This document shows, in pieces, positions 48,180-57,311 of a DNA stretch of 57,392 bases. The stretch's first letter is position 1; the number at the start of each line of letters is the position of its first letter. A model generated the notes under the pieces. That model saw nothing but the letters and a program-made list of their open reading frames with translations, was not told the DNA's origin and did no database searches. Origin of the DNA: Xenococcaceae cyanobacterium (GTDB taxonomy: Bacteria; Cyanobacteriota; Cyanobacteriia; Cyanobacteriales; Xenococcaceae); contig JBFRWE010000469.1 in NCBI GenBank assembly GCA_051439345.1, positions 1 through 57,392 on the forward strand. The letters run 5' to 3'. The position numbers and the translations under genes were made by a program.

Positions 48180-48657
48180 TGTTTGACTGATAGTTCGGAT
48201 TAAAAAAATTTTAAGCTATAAGCTTTTGTGGAAATAGGAGCTTAGTCTGTCTCAAATCTCCTGATGATTTCCTTCCCAATTATATTTTCGCCACAATAGG
48301 GATCACATACTAGTAATTTAGATTAATAGTATAACTGTAGATGAAATATATAGTCTTTCTTGGATAAGTAGTATACACTTCCATCAAAAATTAACTATTC
48401 GGGCTATCAACATTCTCAGGTTTCTTCCCTCTCAGAATTACGCCCTCAAAATCTACCAAAACCATTGTATTGACTCTACCTCACTACCACCACAAGAACT
48501 GCTATATCCAGCAAATTATGTTATCAAATCCAGATAAAGTAGTTTACAAAATGGTAAAAAATACTGTCACAATAACTACAATAACCAGAAAATATTTGAG
48601 CCTAGCTTATTGAAATAATTCAATCATCCATATGCCATAGGAGAGAAATTAATCACA

Positions 48658-49137
48658 ATGGATTGTAGCCATATTCAATTTTGCACTCAGAAAGAAAAAA
48701 TAGACCTCGATCGACTACAAGAACTATTTAAAATAGGAGCTTTTTGGGCGCGAAACAGACAACAAGAAGATTTAAAAATAGCGATCGATAATAGCAACCC
48801 CGTAGTTAGCATTTGGGATGAAGCCAAGTTAATTGGTTTTGCCCGTGCTACTTCTGATGGTGTTTATCGTGCTGCTATTTGGGATGTAGTAGTTCACCCT
48901 GATTATCGTGGACTTGGCTTAGGAGGAAAATTAGTAGAAACTGTCTTGAGTCATCCTTGTGTAAATAGGGTAGAAAGAGTTTATCTCACTACTACTCACC
49001 AACAAAATTTCTACAAACGTATTGGTTTTGAATATAATGATACCACTACTATGGTGTTATACAATAAGTCTCCTTACCAACTAATTGAACAGAAAGCCAG
49101 CACGCATTCTACCTCCTCGCCGATAGGCAGGTGGTAG
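48658..49137 (+). CDS. GNAT family N-acetyltransferase
   Basis: VVVHPDYRGLGLGGKLV acetyl-CoA-binding motif. Confidence 0.85.
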   Translation: MDCSHIQFCTQKEKIDLDRLQELFKIGAFWARNRQQEDLKIAIDNSNPVVSIWDEAKLIGFARATSDGVYRAAIWDVVVHPDYRGLGLGGKLVETVLSHPCVNRVERVYLTTTHQQNFYKRIGFEYNDTTTMVLYNKSPYQLIEQKASTHSTSSPIGRW

Positions 49138-49139
49138 TT

Positions 49140-49585
49140 AGTGCGCACGCACTCCACCGATACAGAACCGACAAACTATCTTCACAAAAGACAAGTCCAA
49201 ATTCTGATATTATGGTTTTACCCAAAAAGGCACTATTACTGCCCAGCAGAATGATCTGGTATAAGTTCGGTAGATACAAGACCTTCTTGGCAAAGTTCGT
49301 AACTCTTAAGTCTTTGTGTCGCCCGATTATAAAAGTAGGGAGCAAAGCCAAATAACGATACATAAACTAAATACAGAATTTGTTTCTACAAGCTCTAGCC
49401 AGAAATGAGTTAGAGGATCAGTACGGCAAAAGTCCCTGCTGTTCACCGAGAAGCACGGTTTCCGAGTATACGGGTAGCTGTCTCAAACGAGAAGGGTGTC
49501 CTACTTGGATACCATCACTTCGGCGTAGCCAAGTGGTGTTGCTTCATGCAGGCAATCGAGAGTTGGATGTCACTTCACCATATTA
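49140..49585 (+). pseudogene. Probable decayed 3' fragment of a tnpB gene with right-end-like terminus
   Basis: Frame translation ...YRTDKLSSQKTSPNSDIMVLPKKALLLPSRMIWYKFGR... resembles the TnpB Y(T/S)SQxCSxCG...C..CG region with the cysteines lost. It ends ...gagagttggatgtcac, like the terminus ...gggagaatgtcac at 57297-57311. Confidence 0.35.
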
Positions 49586-49678
49586 GGCAAAATGAGAGGG
49601 TTCAAAAAAGCAGATTTAGTATTAGGAGTCTTGGGGGCGAACATCCGTTTACCCCCTACAAAAATAAAATTTTCTGAA

Positions 49679-50059
49679 TTACTCAATTTTTCTGTAGCGA
49701 CAACCAGAAGTACAAGTTTCCCTAATTTCTACAGAATCAAGTCCAGGCAAGCCAGCTTTTTCTAGTTTATTGAAAATCCATCGAGCGATCGCTTCACTAG
49801 TAGGATTTTCTAAACCCATAGATTCATTGAGATAGTAGTGGTCTAAAAAATTATCTAAAAGTGGTTTAATATATTGGGCGATATCCCCATAATCGATAAT
49901 CATCCCTTGTTTTGCCCCATCTTTAATTAACTCATTACCTCGAACATAAACTCTACCTACCCAGCTATGTCCGTGTAACCGACGGCATTTACCATCATAG
50001 TGAGGCAATCGATGGGCTGCTTCAAAACGAAATTCTTTGTATATCAACCACTCTTCCAC
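49679..50059 (-). CDS. queD: 6-carboxy-5,6,7,8-tetrahydropterin synthase
   Basis: FRFEAAHRLPHYDGKCRRLHGHSW and the C-terminal half typical of QueD. GTG start. Confidence 0.88.
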   Translation of the reverse strand: MEEWLIYKEFRFEAAHRLPHYDGKCRRLHGHSWVGRVYVRGNELIKDGAKQGMIIDYGDIAQYIKPLLDNFLDHYYLNESMGLENPTSEAIARWIFNKLEKAGLPGLDSVEIRETCTSGCRYRKIE

Positions 50060-50220
50060 TAGATTCTTTTACTTCTTTTTTTGACTTTATTGATTACTCT
50101 GACTATTTTAATCGGGAAAGATCGAGGTTGAATAAAGCAGACTGTTCTCTCGATCGCCTAAAATTTATGTAACAATTATTTAACAAATAGACACAAAATT
50201 CAACAAGAGAGAGATAGGAG

Positions 50221-51654
50221 ATGGCAACAACTCCAGCAACATTTAATCCTACTGCCCAACTGCAAGAAAAATTAAGCAAACAAAATGAATTACTGCCTGC
50301 TGGTGGTTCCGATCCTACTAAATTTGACGTAAAAGAAGCTTGGTATCCTGTTTATTATCTAGAAGACTTGGATAAAATCAAACCGAATACTTTTACTTTA
50401 CTCAATCAAAATATAGTAATTTGGTGGGACAAATCTGGTCAATCTTGGCGAGCATTTGAAGATAAATGTCCTCATCGTCTTGCCCCTTTGAGTGAGGGAA
50501 GAGTCAACGAATCAGGCTTATTAGAATGTCCTTATCATGGTTGGGCATTTTCGGGGACAGGAAATTGTGAATATATTCCCCAACAAACAGAAGCAGGGAA
50601 AGCAGAAACTTCGCACAGAGCTTGTGTTAAGTCTTTGCCTACTGCTGAAGCTCAAGGAATGTTATTTGTCTATGCAGGTAAGAGCGAAAATGCAGCCAAA
50701 ACTAAAGTTCCTATTGTTGAAGCCTTAGAAGAAAACCCAAAGGATTGGGTATGTATGGGGACTTTTAGAGATATTCCCTATGATGCTTTGACTTTACTGG
50801 AAAACGTACTTGATTCTAGTCATATCCCTTATACTCACCATAAAACGGTGGGAAATAGAGCTAATGCTGCACCAGTAGAATTAAAAGTAATCGAATCAAG
50901 TAAACACGGCTTTAAGGGAATGTGGGCAGAAGGACCACGCAAAGGAACACTGGGGAAGCAATATACCACCTTTATTGCCCCAGGATTGATGTGGCATGAC
51001 TTAACCTCGAAACAGTTTGGTAGAACTATGACTGTAGTTTATGCTACTCCCATCAGAAAAGGTGAATGTCGTCTATTTGCCATATTTCCCTTCAAATTTA
51101 CCTCTCCCATACCTGGCTTCTTTATCAAGCTAACACCTCGCTGGTACTCTCATCTTAATCAAAACAGCGTACTAGAAGACGATCAAATTTTTCTCCATTA
51201 TCAAGAGCGTTATTTAGAAGCTATGGGAGGTAGTCCCAATTTCAACAAAGCTTTTTACTTACCAACCAAAGCAGATAGTTTTGTGGCGGAATTGCGCCAG
51301 TGGGTTAATTACTATTGCACAGAGCCTTTTCCTCAAGAAAGTTTATCTGCTCCTTGGTCACGAGAGCAACTACTCGATCGCTATCATTCCCATACAACTA
51401 AATGTTCCAGTTGCCGTCAAGCCTTAAATAATCTCAAAACATTCAGAGAAGTTGTGGCTATTGTTGCTGTTGTTGCTTGGATTATTACACCGATGCTAAT
51501 TGTACTTTTAAATAACTCTTCTTTGTGGTTTGTAGCTTCTTTAACTATATTGAGTCTGATTTGTGCAGGAATTTGGTGGCAATTAGGCAAGTTAGAAAAG
51601 AAATTTTATCGAGGACGAGATATTCCCCCCAGAAATTTACCAGAGAAAAAGTAA
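50221..51654 (+). CDS. Rieske [2Fe-2S] non-heme iron oxygenase, PaO/Tic55/PTC52-like family
   Basis: Rieske CPHRLAPL...CPYHGWAF, mononuclear iron site DSSHIPYTHH, CxxC (CSSC) and C-terminal TM helices. Confidence 0.88.
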   Translation: MATTPATFNPTAQLQEKLSKQNELLPAGGSDPTKFDVKEAWYPVYYLEDLDKIKPNTFTLLNQNIVIWWDKSGQSWRAFEDKCPHRLAPLSEGRVNESGLLECPYHGWAFSGTGNCEYIPQQTEAGKAETSHRACVKSLPTAEAQGMLFVYAGKSENAAKTKVPIVEALEENPKDWVCMGTFRDIPYDALTLLENVLDSSHIPYTHHKTVGNRANAAPVELKVIESSKHGFKGMWAEGPRKGTLGKQYTTFIAPGLMWHDLTSKQFGRTMTVVYATPIRKGECRLFAIFPFKFTSPIPGFFIKLTPRWYSHLNQNSVLEDDQIFLHYQERYLEAMGGSPNFNKAFYLPTKADSFVAELRQWVNYYCTEPFPQESLSAPWSREQLLDRYHSHTTKCSSCRQALNNLKTFREVVAIVAVVAWIITPMLIVLLNNSSLWFVASLTILSLICAGIWWQLGKLEKKFYRGRDIPPRNLPEKK

Positions 51655-51789
51655 TGTGGGTAAGCAGATCTCCATTAAATTTAATTGAAACAAAGGCTAA
51701 CCTTAACAAAGCTCAAAAAAACTATTTTTTTGTTGGTGAAAGTGACACATCGCGCAATAATAAATACAGTTAGTTCATAGCATTAAGAC

Positions 51790-52719
51790 ATGGTAAAAAC
51801 TGACGAAAAATTAATCAATCCCGATAATCAAACTGCTTTTGACCTCCATAGCTATCTCAAGCAAAGAAAAAATTTAGTAGAAGAAGCCTTAAATAATTCT
51901 CTGACTATCAAAAAACCAGAGACAATTTATCAAGCCATGCGCTACTCTCTGTTAGCTGGAGGAAAGCGTCTAAGACCTATTTTGTGTCTGGCTACCTGTG
52001 AATTAACAGGGGGAAGCATAGAGATAGCCATGCCTACTGCTTGCGCCCTAGAAATGATTCATACCATGTCTTTAATCCATGACGACCTGCCCGCTATGGA
52101 TAATGATGATTATCGTCGTGGTCAATTAACCAATCATAAAGTTTATGGCGATGATATCGCTATTTTGGCTGGAGATGGACTACTCGCCTATGCTTTTGAA
52201 TATGTAGCTGTTAATACTCACAATGTTCCTGCCGAAAGAATTGTCAAAGTAATTGCTCGTCTAGGGCGTACAGTAGGAGCAGAAGGATTAGTAGGCGGTC
52301 AAGTTTTAGACTTAGAATCTGAAGGTAAAGCTGATATTTCTGCTCAAACTCTTAGTTTTATTCATACCCATAAAACGGGAGCATTATTAGAAACTTCTGT
52401 GGTATCTGGAGCAATTTTAGCAGGAGCTTCGGCAGAAGACATTACTAAGCTATCTAGGTATGCTCAAAATATTGGTTTAGCTTTCCAAATTATCGATGAT
52501 ATTTTGGATATTACTGCCACTGATGAAGAATTGGGCAAAACTGCTGGCAAGGATTTACAAGCACAAAAAGCAACCTACCCTAGTTTATGGGGCATAGAAA
52601 AATCACGAATTCAAGCACAAAATTTAATAGATGAGGCGATCGCCCAGTTAACAACCTATGGAGAAAAAGCTGAACCATTACAAGAGATTGCTAACTATAT
52701 AATCACTCGTAAGCATTAG
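51790..52719 (+). CDS. crtE: Geranylgeranyl diphosphate synthase (type II polyprenyl synthetase)
   Basis: First Asp-rich motif [17 protein letters not shown] and second motif IIDDILD. Confidence 0.92.
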   Translation: MVKTDEKLINPDNQTAFDLHSYLKQRKNLVEEALNNSLTIKKPETIYQAMRYSLLAGGKRLRPILCLATCELTGGSIEIAMPTACALEMIHTMSLIHDDLPAMDNDDYRRGQLTNHKVYGDDIAILAGDGLLAYAFEYVAVNTHNVPAERIVKVIARLGRTVGAEGLVGGQVLDLESEGKADISAQTLSFIHTHKTGALLETSVVSGAILAGASAEDITKLSRYAQNIGLAFQIIDDILDITATDEELGKTAGKDLQAQKATYPSLWGIEKSRIQAQNLIDEAIAQLTTYGEKAEPLQEIANYIITRKH

Positions 52720-52765
52720 AATTCTGGCATAAACTTAGACAAATCTTGGTTAAGTCAGAAATTAC

Positions 52766-53079
52766 TCCGCCCTTCGGGTTCAACAGTTCTTGCTCCGTCC
52801 TATACGCGCTCGGAAACCTCAGCGCGGGCGGTGCGCTTTGCTCAAGCGGTGCGCGGGGAGGGGGGTTTTATCATCAGATGGATCGGCTAGAAGTACAGAC
52901 TTAAAATTATTAGAAACCCCCCTTCCACCCCTGCGGAATTTATAATCCGCAAACGGGGCTTTCAAGCACCTGAACCAAGTTCAGGTGACAGCCCCTCAGG
53001 AACGCGCACCGAGGGAAACCAGCCCACCGCAACTGTTTCACAAGACCGCACTTTCGCGCTGCTCTGACCGTTGGTCAAG
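52766..53079 (+). mobile_element. Intergenic GC-rich structured unit, TnpB right-end/omega-RNA-like, without tnpB
   Basis: GC-rich island in AT-rich spacer. Long stem ggggaggggggttt/aaaccccccttccacccc. Hairpin gcggaatt-TATAAT-ccgc. Nested stems ggggct(52955-52960)/agcccc(52990-52995) around cacctgaac(52967-52975)/gttcaggtg(52979-52987). The tail CCGCACTTTCGC...ggtcaag parallels 153-183. Confidence 0.7.
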
Positions 53080-53187
53080 TAATCAAGTAACGAGTTACTG
53101 ATTTTGATTTAAAATTTACTTTGGCAAGAGGTCTATTAAACTTTCTCTTAGACGATGTTGTTGTATCGGGATAATCAAATATAAATT

Positions 53188-53652
53188 ATGCAGGACGTTG
53201 GTGACATTTTCCAAAACCAGATATTAGTGGTAGCAATTTTTGCTTGTTTAGCTGCCCAAGGATTGAAATTAGTCATTGAGGTAATTAAAAACGGCAAAGT
53301 CAATATCCGCCATCTTGTTACTGCGGGAGGAATGCCTAGCGCCCACTCTGCCCTAGTAGGTGCTTTGGCAACTGGTATTGGTCAAACTATGGGATGGTCA
53401 TCACCAGAATTTGCGATCGCTTGTCTATTTGCGGTGATTGTTATGTATGATGCTGCGGGAGTCCGCCAAGCAGCAGGGAAACAAGCCAAAATTCTTAATC
53501 AAATCATTGATGAATTGTTTCAAGAAGGACATCACGTTAGTGAAGAAAGATTAAAAGAATTATTAGGACACACCCCTTTTCAAGTATTTGTAGGTTTGGC
53601 TTTGGGAATTGGTATTTCGATGATGGTTTCTTCTGTTTTTGGCACAAGTTAA
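53188..53652 (+). CDS. Divergent PAP2 family membrane protein (DUF212-like)
   Basis: GGMPSAHSA and the YDAAGVR region. 154 aa with multiple TM segments. Confidence 0.85.
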   Translation: MQDVGDIFQNQILVVAIFACLAAQGLKLVIEVIKNGKVNIRHLVTAGGMPSAHSALVGALATGIGQTMGWSSPEFAIACLFAVIVMYDAAGVRQAAGKQAKILNQIIDELFQEGHHVSEERLKELLGHTPFQVFVGLALGIGISMMVSSVFGTS

Positions 53653-53895
53653 GAAAATTAGAATTCTTTGACAGAGCAAAAATAGCGGATTAGGAAAAAG
53701 CCAGAAAAATAGCGAATATTTTCCATAATTATAGTTAAATAAGCCTAATGCCAGCAATTTATTCCTAGCTAATCTTAAATTTTGGCGGAAAATTGGTATT
53801 TTCTTAGATTAGTTATTCAAATTCTTTAAATTATGCTTAAACTTAATTTAAAGATGGAAGCAGTCTAGTAATGTTGCAAACAAAAATTAAAGACT

Positions 53896-54954
53896 ATGGC
53901 TAGTTTAGAAAAGATATCAGTAGGAATTATAGGTGCTTCTGGTTATGGAGGAGTACAACTAGTACGTCTATTATTAGAACATCCTGGTGTAGAAATCGCC
54001 TATTTGGGCGGAGATAGCAGTGCAGGTAAAAAATTTGCTTCTCTCTATCCCCATTTAAGCCATTTAGTCAATCTAAACATTGAAGCGATCGAGCTAGATT
54101 CGATCGCTTCTCGCTGTCAGGTTGTTTTTATGGGTTTACCTAATGGTCTTGCTTGTCAAATGGCTCCAACTCTATTAGAAAAAGGCTGTAAGATACTAGA
54201 CTTATCCGCAGATTATCGTTTCAGTAATTTAGACACTTATACTGCTTGGTATAAAAAAGAACGAGAAGATCGGGCGATCGCAGCTACAGCTATTTATGGC
54301 TTGCCAGAACTATACCAAGAAAAAATCAAACAGTCTAAATTGATTGGTTGTCCTGGTTGCTATCCCACTGCCAGTTTACTAGCTCTTTCCCCGTTATTAA
54401 AACAAGGCTTGATCCTCCCAGAAACAGCAATTATTGATGCTAAATCTGGCACATCTGGAGGTGGACGGCAAGCAAAAACTAACTTATTATTAGCCGAAGC
54501 AGATAATTCTCTAGGAGCTTATGGTGTCGCTAATCATCGGCACACCCCAGAAATAGAACAAATTTGCAGCGAATTAGCTAGACAAGAAGTTAGAGTGCAG
54601 TTTACTCCCCATTTAATTCCTATGGTCAGAGGGATTTTAGCCACTGTTTATGCCACTTTAAGAGATCCAGGTCTAGTTAGGGAAGATTTAAATACTATTT
54701 ATACGGCATTTTATCGAACATCACCTTTTGTCAAAATTTTGCCCAGTGGAGTTTATCCTCAAACTAAATGGGCTTATGGAACTAATCTATGTTACATCGG
54801 TATCGAAGTAGACCCTCGTACTGGTCGTATTATTGTAATGTCAGCTATTGATAATTTAATGAAAGGACAAGCAGGACAGGCAGTACAATGTCTTAATTTG
54901 ATGATGGGTTGGGAGGAAACTCTGGGTTTACCAAAATTAAGTTTTTACCCTTAA
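53896..54954 (+). CDS. argC: N-acetyl-gamma-glutamyl-phosphate reductase
   Basis: GASGYGG NAD-binding fold, catalytic GCPGCYPTA, and the HRHTPEIEQ motif. Confidence 0.95.
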   Translation: MASLEKISVGIIGASGYGGVQLVRLLLEHPGVEIAYLGGDSSAGKKFASLYPHLSHLVNLNIEAIELDSIASRCQVVFMGLPNGLACQMAPTLLEKGCKILDLSADYRFSNLDTYTAWYKKEREDRAIAATAIYGLPELYQEKIKQSKLIGCPGCYPTASLLALSPLLKQGLILPETAIIDAKSGTSGGGRQAKTNLLLAEADNSLGAYGVANHRHTPEIEQICSELARQEVRVQFTPHLIPMVRGILATVYATLRDPGLVREDLNTIYTAFYRTSPFVKILPSGVYPQTKWAYGTNLCYIGIEVDPRTGRIIVMSAIDNLMKGQAGQAVQCLNLMMGWEETLGLPKLSFYP

Positions 54955-55009
54955 AATTGTGAAATCTTAAGCTTATACTGAGTCCGTAAAGTTAAAAAAT
55001 TAATAACCT

Positions 55010-56401
55010 ATGCCCAAGGCTCGCTCGAAGCTAGAATTTATTCCCCCTGCTTTTAATCCTTTCTGGCTTAAAATTGCTCAGTGGTCATTACCTATTGTCC
55101 AGAGAGTTAGACTACAACCTTGGCTGCCAGCAGGTATTAGCGAAATTGAAACTATTAATGTAAAAACTTTAGTTAAACTTTATTCTCAATTTCAACAAGG
55201 TAAAATTCGCTTTTTGATGGCATTTCGTCATTGTGAAGTAGACGATCCTATTTGTGGGATGTATTTACTGGCTAAAGCTTTACCCTCTGTTGCTCGTCAA
55301 CAAGGTATTGCTTTACAGCTGCCCATTAATACCCATTTCATGTACGATCGCGGTATGCCGATCTGGGCTGGTGCCTGGTTGGGTAAACTATTTTCTCAGT
55401 GGGGGGGAATTCCTGTTCATCGGGGTAAGCCTTTAGATTTAATTGCGATTAAAACCGCTAGGGAAATATTATTAAATGGTAAATTTCCTTTGGTAGTTGC
55501 ACCAGAAGGGGCTACTAATGGTCATAGTGAAATAGTAAGTCCTCTAGAGCCTGGGGTAGCTCAATTAAGTTTTTGGTGTGCCAGTGATTTAGCGAAAGCG
55601 AGTAGGAATGAAGAAGTTATGATCGTTCCTATTGGTATTCAATATCACTATGTTCAACCTCAATGGAAAAAATTGGATTGGTTATTAAGTAAACTAGAGG
55701 CAGATTGTGGCTTACCTAGACAAAAGCGCGATCGCTCTAATACTAACAGGAGAGAAGACTTTTACTATCAACGTTTATTCAAGCTAGGAGAATATCTCCT
55801 CACAGAGATGGAAGAATTTTATCGACGATTCTATCATCGCCCTATACCTAAAATCGCTCTTACTGACCCAGAAGAAAAGATAACAGTAAGATTAAAAGCA
55901 CTACTAGATATAGCTTTAGAGGTAGGAGAAGAATATTTTGCTCTTAAACCTAAAGGAACAGTAATTGAGCGTTGTCGCCGTTTAGAAGAAGCTGGTTGGA
56001 CTTATATTTATCGGGAAGATATAGCTGATGTTAATACTCTTTCTCCTGTCCACCACGGTTTAGCGGATTGGGTAGCAAAAGAAGCTACTTGTCGAATGAA
56101 ACATATGCGCTTAGTAGAAAGTTTGGTTGCTGTAACAGGAAACTACCTCAAAGCCAAACCTAGTTTCGATCGCTTTGCTGAAACTAGTCTAATTCTTTTT
56201 GACCTAGTGGCACGAATTAAAGGTAAGAAGATGCCTCGTCGTCCTCGTTTGGGTTGGAGAAAAGCACAAGTCACCGTCGGTGAAGCAATTTCTGTGAGCG
56301 ATCGCTATCCAGTTTATCAACAAAGTCGTCAAGCAGCTAAACAAGAAGTTGCTAAATTAACTCAAGATTTATATGTTGCTTTAAAAGAGATGATTAAGTA
56401 G
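55010..56401 (+). CDS. Acyltransferase (PlsC/lysophospholipid acyltransferase-like)
   Basis: HX4D motif FRHCEVDDP and VAPEGATNG block III. Confidence 0.75.
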   Translation: MPKARSKLEFIPPAFNPFWLKIAQWSLPIVQRVRLQPWLPAGISEIETINVKTLVKLYSQFQQGKIRFLMAFRHCEVDDPICGMYLLAKALPSVARQQGIALQLPINTHFMYDRGMPIWAGAWLGKLFSQWGGIPVHRGKPLDLIAIKTAREILLNGKFPLVVAPEGATNGHSEIVSPLEPGVAQLSFWCASDLAKASRNEEVMIVPIGIQYHYVQPQWKKLDWLLSKLEADCGLPRQKRDRSNTNRREDFYYQRLFKLGEYLLTEMEEFYRRFYHRPIPKIALTDPEEKITVRLKALLDIALEVGEEYFALKPKGTVIERCRRLEEAGWTYIYREDIADVNTLSPVHHGLADWVAKEATCRMKHMRLVESLVAVTGNYLKAKPSFDRFAETSLILFDLVARIKGKKMPRRPRLGWRKAQVTVGEAISVSDRYPVYQQSRQAAKQEVAKLTQDLYVALKEMIK

Positions 56402-56429
56402 TCGTGCGAAATAAATTATCAATCAAGTG

Positions 56430-56464
56430 TTTGTTATTTGTCCATTGTTCATTGTCAATTGTCA
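56430..56464. repeat. Heptamer tandem repeat (ATTGTCA-like, 5 units)
   Basis: tttgtta tttgtcc attgttc attgtca attgtca. Confidence 0.85.
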
Positions 56465-56508
56465 ATTTTTGAGCTACTTGAGTTAAGCAAATTGAGTTGA
56501 CCTTATCT

Positions 56509-56931
56509 TCAATCCATCATCCAAGAATAAGCCAAACCTAATAATTCTACTTCGACTGATGGTAGGCGACGGGCTTCAGTAATAGCAATAAACTTTCCTC
56601 CCAAATCTGCTAGTTGTTCATAAGGAGGATCGATCGTGGTAAAACCAGCTAAGTATACGTCAATGGTAAGATCGTCACTTTTAACGCTCGCTTGAAAGGT
56701 TTTTTCAATCTCCAGAATATTGCTAGATAGTCCCAATCGTTTTTTGCTACTGGGAAGTAAGGTTTCTGGATAGTCAACAACTTGCTCTTCAGAGATACTA
56801 CTGTCAACAATTTTTGCAGATGGAGGGAAGCCATCAAAATGACAAACAGAACCATTTAAGAGGAAAAATGTAACCCTCGCACTGGTGGGGTGCTTATGAT
56901 ACATAATTAAGCGATTGTTTTCCACGCTCAC
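56509..56931 (-). CDS. Hypothetical protein (140 aa)
   Basis: Clean ORF with plausible coding character. No motif recognised. Confidence 0.5.
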   Translation of the reverse strand: MSVENNRLIMYHKHPTSARVTFFLLNGSVCHFDGFPPSAKIVDSSISEEQVVDYPETLLPSSKKRLGLSSNILEIEKTFQASVKSDDLTIDVYLAGFTTIDPPYEQLADLGGKFIAITEARRLPSVEVELLGLAYSWMMD

Positions 56932-57167
56932 TACCTTTGTGTAGAATGATATGTCATGAGAAATGTGCGGACTCGGCTCAAGTTAAATGTGAAGCGACCG
57001 CAATACCCTAATTTACCATACCTATAAGTACTTATAACTATTTACCCATAAATTACGTCGATTTTCTATTAATTAGAGGATTTTATCCCATTTCTCACAA
57101 GTAATCGGAGAGATAAAAAACTAATTGAAAGCAAGTAAAAAGCTCAAAACTACTATCCTCCCTACAC

Positions 57168-57195
57168 CCGAACACCGAACACCTAACCCCTACCA
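57168..57195. repeat. Heptamer tandem repeat (CCGAACA-like, 4 units)
   Basis: ccgaaca ccgaaca cctaacc cctacca. Confidence 0.8.
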
Positions 57196-57229
57196 TCACC
57201 GAAGTCTCTAGTTATTTACGAGAACTGGT

Positions 57230-57311
57230 ATAAGTGCCGATCTAGGAATATCTCAGTGTGAGTTAAGAAGCCCGCGCTCTATCCGTAGGATGAGCGTCGG
57301 GAGAATGTCAC
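57230..57311 (+). mobile_element. Solo IS200/IS605-type end (right-end-like hairpin, GAAGCCC...GGGAGAATGTCAC)
   Basis: Hairpin cccgcgctc(57271-57279)/gagcgtcggg(57292-57301), preceded by gaag and followed by agaatgtcac. Same design as the hairpins at 14930-14954 and 149-180. No tnpB ORF lies upstream. Confidence 0.45.

Noticed and set aside
49109-49586. ORFs of 84 aa (-), 74 aa (+) and 68 aa (+) between the GNAT gene and queD
   Set aside because: They have no SD, mutually overlap, and have non-protein-like composition. The region is better interpreted as a decayed tnpB/right-end remnant.
50060-50220. Possible preQ1 riboswitch upstream of queD
   Set aside because: I could not find the small preQ1-I/II hairpin-plus-A-rich-tail consensus on the queD strand. 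This is most likely just a divergent promoter region.
52941-52946. TATAAT in the hairpin loop as a definite promoter
   Set aside because: No acceptable -35 hexamer or TG extension lies at the right spacing. The hexamer might be conserved for structural or transposition reasons. I keep it only as a hypothesis within the finding at 52766-53079.
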